Numbered from the stretch's first letter, positions 18,027-27,741 are shown. The stretch is 64,000 bases of DNA from Nitrosovibrio sp. Nv4 (GCA_945906765.1 CAMDRF010000002.1:2313-66312), one strand, 5' to 3'. The notes: a model not told the origin generated them from the sequence alone. A program made the numbers and translations.

Positions 18027-18251
18027 TCAACGCAGCTTGGCGCGCAGCCCCGCCATAAGCTGTTCGGAAGGAATGGTTTCGACCTCTCCGCTGTCGATCT
18101 GCGCGATGCGGCGTTCGATCTCGGCGTCCCAGGCGGCCGCCACCTCTTCAGGCGTGTCGACGCTTATCCAGAGCTTGTCGGCGAGATCGGCGCGTTCCTC
18201 CGCGGAGAGCCGCATCGCTTCGGCGGCAATTTGTTCGTAGGTGAGTGACAT
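18027..18251 (-). CDS. Unstab_antitox (TIGR02574-like) addiction-module antitoxin
   Basis: ATG 18251 (MSLTYEQIAAEAMRLSAEERADLADKLWISVDTPEEVAAAWDAEIERRIAQIDSGE..), 74 aa. Confidence 0.75.
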   Translation of the reverse strand: MSLTYEQIAAEAMRLSAEERADLADKLWISVDTPEEVAAAWDAEIERRIAQIDSGEVETIPSEQLMAGLRAKLR

Positions 18252-18370
18252 AACCGCTCCTTGAGGCGAAAGCTTGCCCGGAATTCTATTCCGGATTGGA
18301 AGGAATTTCAGCCTATGCCAGAACCCAGCGGCGAGTCGAGAGACCCGATGCCGATTTCCGCCCTTTCGCA

Positions 18371-20185
18371 CTAGACGGGCTTGTCCGCGGCGTTGCCGGC
18401 CTTCGCGTTGAGCGCCGCCTCGTCCTCGCGCAAGGTCCGGGCGAACTGGTCGCGCAGTTCGTTGGATACGGAGACGTTGGCGTCCGGGCCGCTTTTGTGC
18501 ACGCTGTACAGCTTGGCCAGCACCACGTCGTCATGTTCGGCGAAGCTCTGTATCGCGCGCGCCGCGCGCTCGGCATCGGCGCCCACGGCCGCCAAGGTCG
18601 CCCGGCCCAGCGCCAGCGCCGACTGGAAGGTCTCGCGCTCGATGATCTCGACGCCGATGTCGCGCAACTCGAACAGGTGGCGCATGTCGTGCGCCCGCGC
18701 GATGATCCTGAGTTTCGGGAAATTTTTGGCCGCCGTCCTCGCCAGACCCGTGGTCGCTACCGGGTCATTCAGCGTGATGATGAGAAAGTCGGCCTGCGCG
18801 GCGCCCGCTGCCTGCAGCAGGTCGAGCCGCGTGGCGTCGCCGTAGAACACGCGAAAGCCGAAGCGCCGTGACTGCTCGACGTGGTCGGGATCGTCGTCGA
18901 GGATGGTCGGCTCGTAGCCGCTGCCATGCAGCAGGCGCGCGACCACCTGGCCGACGCGCCCGAGTCCGGCGACGATGACCTTGCTCGGTTCGGGCGGCAG
19001 GTGCGTACGCTCCGGCGCCTTGCCGGTGAAGCGCGGCGCCAGCACGCGGTCGTGGAATACCAGCAGGAAGGGTGTCGAGAGCATGGACAGCGCCACCGCC
19101 AGCGTCATTGCCTGCGCGGTCGCCAAGGGCAGCACCTCGCGCTGCACGCCGAGCGTCAGCAGCACGAACGCGAACTCGCCGCCCTGCGCGAGCAGCAGGA
19201 TGAACAGCGGCCGCTCGCTCGGCGGCAGCTTCGCGAAACGCGCGATCGCCCAGAGCACCGCGCTCTTGAGGACGAACAGGCCGACGATCAGGCCGGCGAT
19301 GAGCAGCGGCCTGTCGAGCAACAGCCCGAAATCGACGCTCATGCCGACCGCGATGAAGAACAGGCCAAGCAGCAGGCCCTTGAAGGGCTCCACCGCCGCC
19401 TCGATTTCGTGACGGTACTCGGATTCGGCGAGCAGCACGCCGGCGAGAAACGTACCAAGCGCCATCGACAGGCCCGCGGACTCGAAGCCCCAGGCGATTC
19501 CCAGCACCAGCAGCAGCGCAAAGGCGGTGAAAATCTCGCGTTGCCGGGTGCGCGCGATGTGGCGGAATACCGGCTGGGCGAGGAAGTGTCCGCCGACGAG
19601 CGTGGCGGCGATCACGGCGCCGGCAAACCCCAGGCCGCCCCAGGAAAAGCTCGCGCCGGCGCCGGCCGCCCCCAGCAACGGCAGCAGCGCCAGCATCGGG
19701 ATCACGGCGATGTCCTGGAACAGCAGGATGGCGAATACCGCCTGGCCGCCCTTGTTTTGCAGTGCCCCGCGCTCCCTGAGCGGCTGCAATGCCAGCGCGG
19801 TCGAGGACAGGGCGAGCGCCATTCCGGCAACGATACCCAAGCGCAGGTCGATGCCCGCGGCCCAGGCCACCGCGGCGATCAGCGCGATTGAGCCCGCGAC
19901 CTGCGATACGCCCAGCGACAGCAGCCGGGCACGCATGCTCCAGAGGCGCTTGGGCTCCAGCTCCAGGCCGATGACGAAGAGCAGGAACACCACGCCCAGT
20001 TCGGCGATGTGGCGCACGTCCTCGACTTTTTCGACCAGCTTCAAGCCGAAGGGGCCGATGGCGATGCCGGCGAGCAGGTAGCCCGCCACCGAGCCCAGTC
20101 CCAGGCGGTGCGAAAACACCACCGCGAGCACCGCCGAGGCGAGAAACACCACGCTCTGGATCAGGTAGCCGCTGACGTGCTCCAT
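18371..20185 (-). CDS. CPA2-family monovalent cation:proton antiporter, KefB/KefC-like, with C-terminal RCK/TrkA-N domain
   Basis: ORF trimmed to ATG 20185 (MEHVSGYLIQSVVFLAS..), 604 aa. About 12 TM segments, then VIVAGLGRVGQVVARLL (Rossmann/RCK). Confidence 0.85.
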   Translation of the reverse strand: MEHVSGYLIQSVVFLASAVLAVVFSHRLGLGSVAGYLLAGIAIGPFGLKLVEKVEDVRHIAELGVVFLLFVIGLELEPKRLWSMRARLLSLGVSQVAGSIALIAAVAWAAGIDLRLGIVAGMALALSSTALALQPLRERGALQNKGGQAVFAILLFQDIAVIPMLALLPLLGAAGAGASFSWGGLGFAGAVIAATLVGGHFLAQPVFRHIARTRQREIFTAFALLLVLGIAWGFESAGLSMALGTFLAGVLLAESEYRHEIEAAVEPFKGLLLGLFFIAVGMSVDFGLLLDRPLLIAGLIVGLFVLKSAVLWAIARFAKLPPSERPLFILLLAQGGEFAFVLLTLGVQREVLPLATAQAMTLAVALSMLSTPFLLVFHDRVLAPRFTGKAPERTHLPPEPSKVIVAGLGRVGQVVARLLHGSGYEPTILDDDPDHVEQSRRFGFRVFYGDATRLDLLQAAGAAQADFLIITLNDPVATTGLARTAAKNFPKLRIIARAHDMRHLFELRDIGVEIIERETFQSALALGRATLAAVGADAERAARAIQSFAEHDDVVLAKLYSVHKSGPDANVSVSNELRDQFARTLREDEAALNAKAGNAADKPV

Positions 20186-20205
20186 GGTCGAGGCGCAATC
20201 CTGAT

Positions 20206-20775
20206 CTAGTGGCGTTCGCGATTCGCGCGGCGCCGCGCCCGGGAGCGCCAGGCGAGGGTGACGTAGACGCGCCAGCCGATCTGTACGGCGGCGTAGCCGG
20301 CGGTGGCAAGGGTGGTGGCGAGGGCCACGAGGCCGATCGCCAGCGGCGGGCCAAGCGAGAGGGTCCAGTGCGCCAGCGCTTGCGCCGAATCGATCCAGGC
20401 CGTCCAGTCCCAGACGAAGGGCTCGATCTTGACGGCGTGGTTGCTCGCGCCCATCAGGAAGCGGCCATAGCCGAAGGCGAGCAGGTACAGCGGCACGATG
20501 GTAAAGGGGTTGGTATAGAGGGTGGTGAGCAGCGCCACTGGCAGGTTCTTCTTCAGCGGTACGGCGATCAGGGCAGCGGTGAGCATCTGCAGCGGCCCGG
20601 GCATCAGGCCGGCGAACAGGCCGATGGCGAAGCCGCCGGCGACCGAATGGCGGTTCAGGTGCCACAGGTTCGGGTGATGCAGCCAGGTGCCCCACGTGTC
20701 CAGCCGCGCCAGGTAGCGGTTGGCGCGGATGGCGTCCCGGTCGGGCAGGAAGCGGCGGAAGTGTTTTCTTGGCAT
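20206..20775 (-). CDS. DUF2062 domain membrane protein
   Basis: 189 aa. The segment HSVAGGFAIGLFAGLMP..LKKNLPVALLTTLYTNPFT fits DUF2062. This family is commonly divergent from comEC. Confidence 0.7.
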   Translation of the reverse strand: MPRKHFRRFLPDRDAIRANRYLARLDTWGTWLHHPNLWHLNRHSVAGGFAIGLFAGLMPGPLQMLTAALIAVPLKKNLPVALLTTLYTNPFTIVPLYLLAFGYGRFLMGASNHAVKIEPFVWDWTAWIDSAQALAHWTLSLGPPLAIGLVALATTLATAGYAAVQIGWRVYVTLAWRSRARRRANRERH

Positions 20776-20825
20776 GCGGCAGGTGGCGAGTCAGCGCTCA
20801 AGGGCGCTGGTGCGTTTGATTCTAG

Positions 20826-23135
20826 ATGACGCTCGCGATCCTGAGTTTCGCCTCGGGGGTTCTTTTTCTCCAACTGCAGCCCGAATTGCCCGGGATGGCC
20901 TGGATCGGGCTTTTCGTACTCATGCCGTGTTTTTTCTCGCGGAAAAAGATCCTTTACCTTCCGGCGGCGTTCGCAGCCGGCTTCTGCTGGACGCTGGGGA
21001 TGGCGCACCTGAGGCTCGCAGACCGGCTGGCGCCCGAGCTCGAGGGCAGGGATATCGAGTTGGTCGGCATCATCGCCAGCCTTCCCGCGGTGGGAGAGCG
21101 CAGCCTGCGCTTCGAGTTCGAGCCAGAGTCGGCAGACGTGAAGCTGCCGGGCCGGATCCTCCTCTCCTGGTACCGAAGCATGTCCTATGAAGAGCAGCCG
21201 GCCATCCTTGCCGCGCCGGTGCATCCGGGTGAGCGCTGGCGCTTCACGGTGCGCCTGCGGCGGCCGCACGGCAACTTCAACCCGCATGGTTTCGACTACG
21301 AAGCCTGGCTGCTGGAGCGGGGCATCGGCGCGACCGGCTACGTTCGTTCCGCGAAAAAGTCGCTGCCGCAATTGCTTGGCGCAAGAAACAGCTTCTCCGA
21401 CCGGGTCGAACAACTGCGCGAGAGCATCCGCGACCGGTTCAAGCGCGTGCTTGGCGAGACGCCGGCGAGCGGCATCCTCGCCGCGCTCGCGGTCGGCGAC
21501 CAGCGCTCGATTTCCGCCGAGGAGTGGCGCCTGTTCAACCGCACGGGCGTAACCCACCTGATGAGTATCTCGGGACTGCATGTGACGCTGATTTCGGGGC
21601 TTTTCGCCTGGCTGGCGAGCTGGTTGTGGCGCCGGTCGCCCTGGCTCACGCTGCGGCTGCCAGCGCGCAAGGCGGGCGCCACCGCGGCGATCGTCGGCGC
21701 CCTTGGCTACTCGCTCATCGCCGGGTTCGCCGTACCGGCCCAGCGCACTTGCTGGATGGTGACCGTGTTCGCGATCGCGCTCTGGTCGGGGCGCATTTCA
21801 TCGCCCGTGCGTACGCTCGCTTTGGCACTGGCGGTGGTGCTGCTGTTCGATCCCTGGGCGGTATTCGCAGCGGGGTTCTGGCTGTCATTCGGCGCCGTCG
21901 CGCTCATATTTTTCGTTGCGGATGAAAACAGCTCCACGGCAAGGCAGTGGCTGCAGGTGCAATGGGCGATCACTGTCGGTCTCGCCCCCGCATCGCTGTT
22001 CCTCTTCTCGCAGGTATCCATCGTCGGACCGCTCGCCAACGCGGTCTCGATTCCGGCGGTTTCGGCGGTTGTCACGCCGCTCGCGCTGGTGGCGGCGGTC
22101 CTGCCCTGGGACGCGCCGCTCGAGTTCGCCGCCTGGCTGATGCAGTGGCTGCTGCAGTTCCTCGAGTGGTGCGCGTCCTTGCCGGCCGCGGTCTGGCAGC
22201 AGCATGTGCCGCCGCTCTGGAGCGTGCTGCTCGCGCTGGCGGGCGTGCTCTGGCTGCTCGCGCCGCGCGGCGTACCCTGGCGCGCGACCGGTCTTGCCCT
22301 CATGCTCCCGGCCGTCGCCCTGCCGCCGCCGGCGCCGGCGCCGGGCGCGGCCTGGATCACGACGCTTGACGTCGGGCAGGGCCTTGCGGTGCTGGTGCGT
22401 ACGGCGAACCGGTCGCTGCTCTACGACGCCGGCCCCGCGTTCGGCGCCGAGGCGGATAGCGGCGAGCGCATCATCGCGCCCTACCTTCGCGCCGCCGGCA
22501 TCGAACGTCTGGACGTGATGATCGTGACCCACAAGGATATCGACCATTCCGGTGGCGCCGCCTCCGTGCTCGAGAACTTCGATGTGGCAACCCTGCTTTC
22601 TTCGCTGCCCGCCGGTGATCCGCTGCTGGGCCTTGCACCCGTCGCGCAACGCTGCGCCGCCGGGCAGAACTGGATTTGGGATGGCGTGCGCTTCGAAGTC
22701 CTGCATCCCGAAAACGCGGCGGCGAGGGCGAGGAAGACGAACGATCTGAGTTGCGTGCTGAAGGTGAGTGCGGGGGGCCGCTCGATGCTGCTGACCGGCG
22801 ACATTGAGAATCCCGCGGAAGCCGATCTGCTGAAGAGGGTTCCCGGCGCCCTGCCCGCCGACGTGCTGCTGGTGCCGCACCACGGCAGCCGCACCTCCTC
22901 GAGCGCGGGGTTCCTTGCCGCGGTGCGCCCATCGGTGGCGGTGGTGCCGGTGGGCTACCGCAACCGCTTCGGCCACCCGAACGCCGAGGTACTGGGCCGG
23001 TATTCCTCCATGAACATTCGGATATATCGCACCGACCAGGACGGAGCGCTGACGGTGGGTCTTTCGAGCGGGGGCCTTGAAATAGCCGGCGAAAGGCAGC
23101 AGCGCCGCCGGTACTGGCACGATGCGCCATCCTAG
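20826..23135 (+). CDS. comEC: DNA internalization-related competence protein ComEC/Rec2
   Basis: 769 aa. A multi-TM competence domain plus a C-terminal metallo-beta-lactamase domain (LDVGQGLAVLV, VTHKDIDHSGG, VPHHGS). Confidence 0.9.
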   Translation: MTLAILSFASGVLFLQLQPELPGMAWIGLFVLMPCFFSRKKILYLPAAFAAGFCWTLGMAHLRLADRLAPELEGRDIELVGIIASLPAVGERSLRFEFEPESADVKLPGRILLSWYRSMSYEEQPAILAAPVHPGERWRFTVRLRRPHGNFNPHGFDYEAWLLERGIGATGYVRSAKKSLPQLLGARNSFSDRVEQLRESIRDRFKRVLGETPASGILAALAVGDQRSISAEEWRLFNRTGVTHLMSISGLHVTLISGLFAWLASWLWRRSPWLTLRLPARKAGATAAIVGALGYSLIAGFAVPAQRTCWMVTVFAIALWSGRISSPVRTLALALAVVLLFDPWAVFAAGFWLSFGAVALIFFVADENSSTARQWLQVQWAITVGLAPASLFLFSQVSIVGPLANAVSIPAVSAVVTPLALVAAVLPWDAPLEFAAWLMQWLLQFLEWCASLPAAVWQQHVPPLWSVLLALAGVLWLLAPRGVPWRATGLALMLPAVALPPPAPAPGAAWITTLDVGQGLAVLVRTANRSLLYDAGPAFGAEADSGERIIAPYLRAAGIERLDVMIVTHKDIDHSGGAASVLENFDVATLLSSLPAGDPLLGLAPVAQRCAAGQNWIWDGVRFEVLHPENAAARARKTNDLSCVLKVSAGGRSMLLTGDIENPAEADLLKRVPGALPADVLLVPHHGSRTSSSAGFLAAVRPSVAVVPVGYRNRFGHPNAEVLGRYSSMNIRIYRTDQDGALTVGLSSGGLEIAGERQQRRRYWHDAPS

Positions 23136-23151
23136 AGGGCGCGTCCTGCGA

Positions 23152-23736
23152 TCAGACGTTCTTGAGGTACCTCGCCTCAAGCTCGCGCCAGCGCCCTGAG
23201 TTCACCGCCTCCTCGCGATCGTTGAACGTCGCCAGCTCGCTCTCGATCGCCGCGGTGTCGCCGGCGCGCGCGTCCGAGCGCGCGATGATGACCATGTCCG
23301 GCTCGCGCCGCGCGTTCACCGCGGCCTTGATCTTGCCGACCATCTCCGCCTTGCTCACCAACTGCTTGCCTTCATAGTGGCCGCATTTCTTGGGTGATAC
23401 CTGGTCTTCGAGGTGGAATGCCGCAACCCCGGTCTTTTCGTATTCGCGCACACTGCGCACCACGTTGAGGGCATTGCCGTGGCCGGCATCCATGTCGGCG
23501 ACCACCGGAATCTCGACTGCTTCCACGGTGCGTGATATCCATTGCGTCACCTCGGTCATCGTTAGCAGCCCGATGTCGGGGTAACCGTTGGCGCGTGAAT
23601 AACCGCCTCCGGTCAGGTACACCGCGTCGAAGCCCGCCAGCTGCACCAGCCTTGCGGTCAGCGTGTCGTAGGCCCCGGGCACGATGGCATAGCCGTGCTT
23701 CGCCACCAGCGCGCGGAACTTCTTCCTTGGGTTCAT
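23152..23736 (-). CDS. isocitrate lyase/PEP mutase-family protein (PrpB-like) with a probable in-frame internal deletion of about 100 aa
   Basis: 194 aa against about 290 expected. The N-terminal part is colinear with methylisocitrate lyases (VADMDAGHGN, HLEDQVSPKKCGH, IIARSDA). It then jumps to a C-terminal-tail-like ELATFNDREEAVNSGRWRELEARY. ATGA overlap with the aconitase stop. Confidence 0.65.
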   Translation of the reverse strand: MNPRKKFRALVAKHGYAIVPGAYDTLTARLVQLAGFDAVYLTGGGYSRANGYPDIGLLTMTEVTQWISRTVEAVEIPVVADMDAGHGNALNVVRSVREYEKTGVAAFHLEDQVSPKKCGHYEGKQLVSKAEMVGKIKAAVNARREPDMVIIARSDARAGDTAAIESELATFNDREEAVNSGRWRELEARYLKNV

Positions 23737-26414
23737 GCGGCGACCTCACGAGTAAGGCGATGGCGCACCACATGGTGCAGCAGCCCGCCGTGGCGATAAT
23801 ATTCGACATCGCGCGTCGTATCCAGGCGCGAGAGCAAGCTGAGCGTCTCGCGCCTGCCGTCGGCGCGCGTGATGGCGCACCCGAGCTCGCTCCTCGGCGC
23901 GGCATTGCCGCTGATGCCGGTGATCTCGAATAGCTCGGTGCCGTCCAGCGAGAGCGTCTTGCGGCTGACACCGCGAGGAAACTGCAGCGGCAGCACGCCG
24001 ATGCCAACTAGATTGGAGCGATGGATGCGCTCAAACGATTCCGCGATCACCGCGCGCACCCCGAGCAGACACGTGCCCTTGGCTGCCCAGTCGCGCGAGG
24101 ACCCGGCACCGTACTCCGAGCCGGCAATCACGACCAGCGGCACGTTTTCCCGCCGGTAGAGTTCGGCCGCCGCATGGATTGTCATCAGCGCGCCGTCCGG
24201 CAGGTGGCGCGTGCTGCTGCCCTCGCTGCCGGGGGTCATCTCATTGCAAACGCGGACGTTGGCAAAGGTGCCGCGGATCATCACGTCGTGGTTGAGCCGG
24301 CGCGCGGCGTAGTTGACGAAATCGCGCGGCGCGACGCCGAGCGATTGCAGGTATTCGGCCGCCGGCGTGCGCGCCGAGATCTCTCCGATCGGAGAAATGT
24401 GATCGGTGGTGAACATGTCGCCGAACATCGCCAGCACGCGCGCGCCCGAAATGTCTTGCATTGGACTTGCTTCACGTTCCATATGATCAAAAAAGGGCGG
24501 GCGTCTGATGAACGTGCTCCCGGTTTTCCACGGGAAGGTCTTGCCGGTGCCGCCCGCCAGCGCGCGCCATTCGGGTGTGCCCTCCAGCAAAGTCGCGTAG
24601 CGCTCGCGAAAAAGCGCCGGCGTGATGATCTCGCCGATGATCTTGCCGATCTCGCCGCCGTCGGGCCAGATGTCGCGCAGGTACACCGGCGTGCCCTCGC
24701 GGTCTTCGCCCAGCGGCTGGTTGGCGAGATCGGTGAGCACGCTGCCCGCCAGGGCGTAAGCCACGACCAGCGGCGGCGAGGCGAGGTAGCTCGCGCGCAC
24801 CGATGGATGGATGCGGCCTTCGAAATTGCGGTTGCCCGAAAGCACCGCCACGGCGGTGAGTCCGCCGGCTTCGATGGCCTCGGCGACCGGCGCGGACAAG
24901 GGGCCGGAATTCCCCATGCAGGTCATGCAGCCGAAGCCCGCCGGCTGGAAGCCGAGCGCATCGAGCGGCGCCTGCAGGCCGCTCTTCGCGAGGTAATCGG
25001 CGACGACGCGCGATCCGGGCGACAGCGAGGTCTTCACCCAGGAACGCGTCGTCAGCCCGCGCGCCAGCGCATTGCGCGCAAGCAGGCCGGCGCCGATCAT
25101 CACGGAAGGATTAGAGGTGTTGGTGCAGCTGGTTATGGCGGCGATCACGACGTCGCCGTCCTTCATGGACGATATGGAAGATTCCTTTTTCCTCTTCTTG
25201 GAAACCGATAGAAAATTCCTGAAAGTTTCCGGCACCTGCCCCAAGGGAACACAGTCCTGCGGCCGGCTGGGCCCGGATACGCTCGGCTCCACGGTTGACA
25301 GGTCGATCTCGATGATCCCGGTGAATTCGGCCGGCGGCGTGTCCGGGTCGCGCCACAATCCCTGCGCCCTGCAGTAGGCCTCGACGAGTGCGACCTGCGC
25401 TTCATCCCTGCCCGACAGCCGCAAATAGCGCAGCGTCTCCGCATCCACCGGAAAAAACCCCATGGTCGCGCCATTCTCGGGGCTCATGTTGGCGATCGTG
25501 GCGCGGTCGGGGAGCGAGAGCTCGGCGACGCCGGTGCCGAAATATTCGACGAACTTGTCCACCAGCTTGTGCCTGCGCAGGATCTGCGTGATCGCGAGCA
25601 CGAGGTCGGTCGAGGTGACGCCGGGCCGCAGCTTGCCGCTGAGACGGCAGCCGATCACTTCGGGCACCAGCATCGCGACCGGCTCGCCCAATGCGCCGGC
25701 GCCGCCTTCAAGGCCGCCGACGCCCCAGCCGAGGATCCCGAGGCTGTTGATCATCGCCGTATGGCTGTCCATGCCGAGAACCGAATCCGGATAGGCGAGC
25801 CGTCTTGCCCCATCCGGGCCGTCCTGATCGCTCGTCCACACGACCCGCGCGAGGTATTCGAGGTTGATCTGGTGGCAGATGCCGTTGCCCGGCGGCACGA
25901 TGCGCAGATTGTCGAACGCCTGCGCGCCCCAGCGCAGGAAGGCGAAGCGCTCGGCGTTGCGTTGCAGCTCGAGCGCCTGGTTGCGGGTCGCTGCATCCGC
26001 CGCGCCGTAGGCATCCACCATCACCGAATGATCCACGATCAGGTCCACGGGCACCGACGGATTGAGCCGCCTGGGGTCGCCACCGAGGCGAATTATCGCG
26101 TCGCGCATCGCGGCGAGGTCGCCCAGCAGCGGCACGCCGGAGGAATCCGGCATCAGCACCCGGGTGAAACGGAACGCGATCTCACGCTCGGCACGGCGCC
26201 GCGCCAGCCATCCGCCGAGCGCGGCGATGTCCGCGCCGTCCGAGCGCCCTTGCGCGTGCTGCCGCAGGACATTTTCCAGCACCACCTTGAGCGAACAGGG
26301 CAGGCGTGATACGCCGGCGAGGCCGAGTTCCTGCGCTGCCGCGAGACTGTAGTAATCGAACACTCCGCCGCCGGCGCGCAGCTCTCGCCGGGTTGCGCTG
26401 CCGCTGATGCTCAT
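23733..26414 (-). CDS. aconitate hydratase (AcnA/AcnD-type)
   Basis: 893 aa. Fe-S ligand motifs ITSCTNTSNP and GCMTCMGNSG. ATGA overlaps at both ends. Confidence 0.9.
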   Translation of the reverse strand: MSISGSATRRELRAGGGVFDYYSLAAAQELGLAGVSRLPCSLKVVLENVLRQHAQGRSDGADIAALGGWLARRRAEREIAFRFTRVLMPDSSGVPLLGDLAAMRDAIIRLGGDPRRLNPSVPVDLIVDHSVMVDAYGAADAATRNQALELQRNAERFAFLRWGAQAFDNLRIVPPGNGICHQINLEYLARVVWTSDQDGPDGARRLAYPDSVLGMDSHTAMINSLGILGWGVGGLEGGAGALGEPVAMLVPEVIGCRLSGKLRPGVTSTDLVLAITQILRRHKLVDKFVEYFGTGVAELSLPDRATIANMSPENGATMGFFPVDAETLRYLRLSGRDEAQVALVEAYCRAQGLWRDPDTPPAEFTGIIEIDLSTVEPSVSGPSRPQDCVPLGQVPETFRNFLSVSKKRKKESSISSMKDGDVVIAAITSCTNTSNPSVMIGAGLLARNALARGLTTRSWVKTSLSPGSRVVADYLAKSGLQAPLDALGFQPAGFGCMTCMGNSGPLSAPVAEAIEAGGLTAVAVLSGNRNFEGRIHPSVRASYLASPPLVVAYALAGSVLTDLANQPLGEDREGTPVYLRDIWPDGGEIGKIIGEIITPALFRERYATLLEGTPEWRALAGGTGKTFPWKTGSTFIRRPPFFDHMEREASPMQDISGARVLAMFGDMFTTDHISPIGEISARTPAAEYLQSLGVAPRDFVNYAARRLNHDVMIRGTFANVRVCNEMTPGSEGSSTRHLPDGALMTIHAAAELYRRENVPLVVIAGSEYGAGSSRDWAAKGTCLLGVRAVIAESFERIHRSNLVGIGVLPLQFPRGVSRKTLSLDGTELFEITGISGNAAPRSELGCAITRADGRRETLSLLSRLDTTRDVEYYRHGGLLHHVVRHRLTREVAA

Positions 26415-26965
26415 TGCATCAGTTCATCCGACCGCACGATCCGTGACTTGGCCATCGCCGCAATGAAATCGAGCGACCACTTCTGGGTCTCTTCGACCGC
26501 GTGGCCGCCCCAGGCGTGCGAAACGGTGAGGTCGCTCACCACCGTGGTCGGAAAGCCGAGCTGCCAGGCATCGACGGCAGTCGTGGCGACCGCGAGCGAG
26601 GTCGACCAGCCGATGAGTTGCAGCGCGTCCACGTCCAACTCGCGCAGCGTCAGTTCCAGATCGGAGCCGAAGAAGCCGCTGTAGCGCCGTTTGTGGACGA
26701 TGGTGTCCTTGCGCGCATCGAACAGTTCCGGGATCGGCGCCTGTCCCGGCGTCCAGATCTCGTTCGCAAGCTCCCAGAATTTCAGGAACCACTTGTCGGT
26801 CCGTCGCCGCGCGCTGCAGACAAACACCACCGGCATGCCCTTGTTGCGCGCCCATGCAAGGTACGCCGCGGTCCGCGGAAGGATGGCGCGCCGCTTCTCT
26901 ACCGCGCGCGCGCTTGGCGCGATCGAGTCCTGCGTCATGTCGAGAACCAGGACGGCTTCGCTCAT
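26411..26965 (-). CDS. isochorismatase-fold protein lacking the nucleophilic cysteine
   Basis: 184 aa. The Asp (VLVLDMTQD) and Lys (HKRRYSGF) positions are present. The Cys position reads GWSTSLAVATTAVDA, where the paralog next door has GCTTSGCVRGSVVDG. Confidence 0.7.
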   Translation of the reverse strand: MSEAVLVLDMTQDSIAPSARAVEKRRAILPRTAAYLAWARNKGMPVVFVCSARRRTDKWFLKFWELANEIWTPGQAPIPELFDARKDTIVHKRRYSGFFGSDLELTLRELDVDALQLIGWSTSLAVATTAVDAWQLGFPTTVVSDLTVSHAWGGHAVEETQKWSLDFIAAMAKSRIVRSDELMQ

Positions 26966-26978
26966 CGCCGCGCGCGCC

Positions 26979-27689
26979 TCAACCGGCCATGCGCTTCGCG
27001 GCTGTCGCAGCGCCCAGCGGTCGCAGTTTCTCGAGTATCTCGGCCGCGGTTCCTACATCGGCGTACTTCGATGCCATGTCGAACAGATTCACGGCGTGGG
27101 AGGTGGCGCTGCGGTCATAGACGCAATCGGAGGGCACCAGCACACGAAAGTTGTAGGCGAAACCATCCACTACGCTGCCGCGCACGCAGCCGCTGGTGGT
27201 GCAGCCGGTCACGACCAGCGTATCGGCGCCGAGGTCGATGAGGTGGCTTACCAGCGGGGTGGCGAAAAATGCGCTCGGGTGCTTCTTCGGGATCAGCACG
27301 TCGCCCTCGCGCGGCGCGATCTCGGGCGGGAACTCATAGCCCTTTTCCGCGATGTTCATGATCGCCGGAACCTTCTGCGCGAGGCGCCCGCCGTCGGTGG
27401 CCTTGTTCTTCGGCGCCACGTGCGGATAGAGCACCGGCCAGCCGTTGGAGCGGAACTCGGCCAGCAGCGTCGCGATATTGCGCATCGCATTCCAACCGAT
27501 GTCGCCGCACGAGGTGGGAAATTCCTTGATCGCCTCCCAGAACGGCTTCGGCGCTGTGCCGATCGTGCGGTACTGCACGTCGATGATGAGGAGCGCCGGC
27601 CGCTTGCCGACGCCCGATGGCCGGCCGAATCCGGCGGCGTGGTAGGCCTTCTGTTCTTCCTCGCTGATGATCTCGTCCCAGGGTTTCAT
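26979..27689 (-). CDS. isochorismatase-family cysteine hydrolase (N-carbamoylsarcosine amidase/maleamate amidohydrolase-like)
   Basis: 236 aa. LLIIDVQ, KKHPSAFF and VVTGCTTSGCVRGS give a complete Asp-Lys-Cys triad context. Confidence 0.8.
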   Translation of the reverse strand: MKPWDEIISEEEQKAYHAAGFGRPSGVGKRPALLIIDVQYRTIGTAPKPFWEAIKEFPTSCGDIGWNAMRNIATLLAEFRSNGWPVLYPHVAPKNKATDGGRLAQKVPAIMNIAEKGYEFPPEIAPREGDVLIPKKHPSAFFATPLVSHLIDLGADTLVVTGCTTSGCVRGSVVDGFAYNFRVLVPSDCVYDRSATSHAVNLFDMASKYADVGTAAEILEKLRPLGAATAAKRMAG

Positions 27690-27741
27690 CGATGGATCCT
27701 TTCAGACTTCTATAATAGCCACAACCCGAGGTAATCCGGCG

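Noticed and set aside
27690-27741. 52-bp divergent region upstream of the cobW-like gene, checked for a Zur box (expected for zinc-chaperone genes)
   Set aside because: It contains TATAAT and a tiny CTAT-A-ATAG palindrome but nothing resembling the AT-rich 15-17 bp Zur palindrome I recall.
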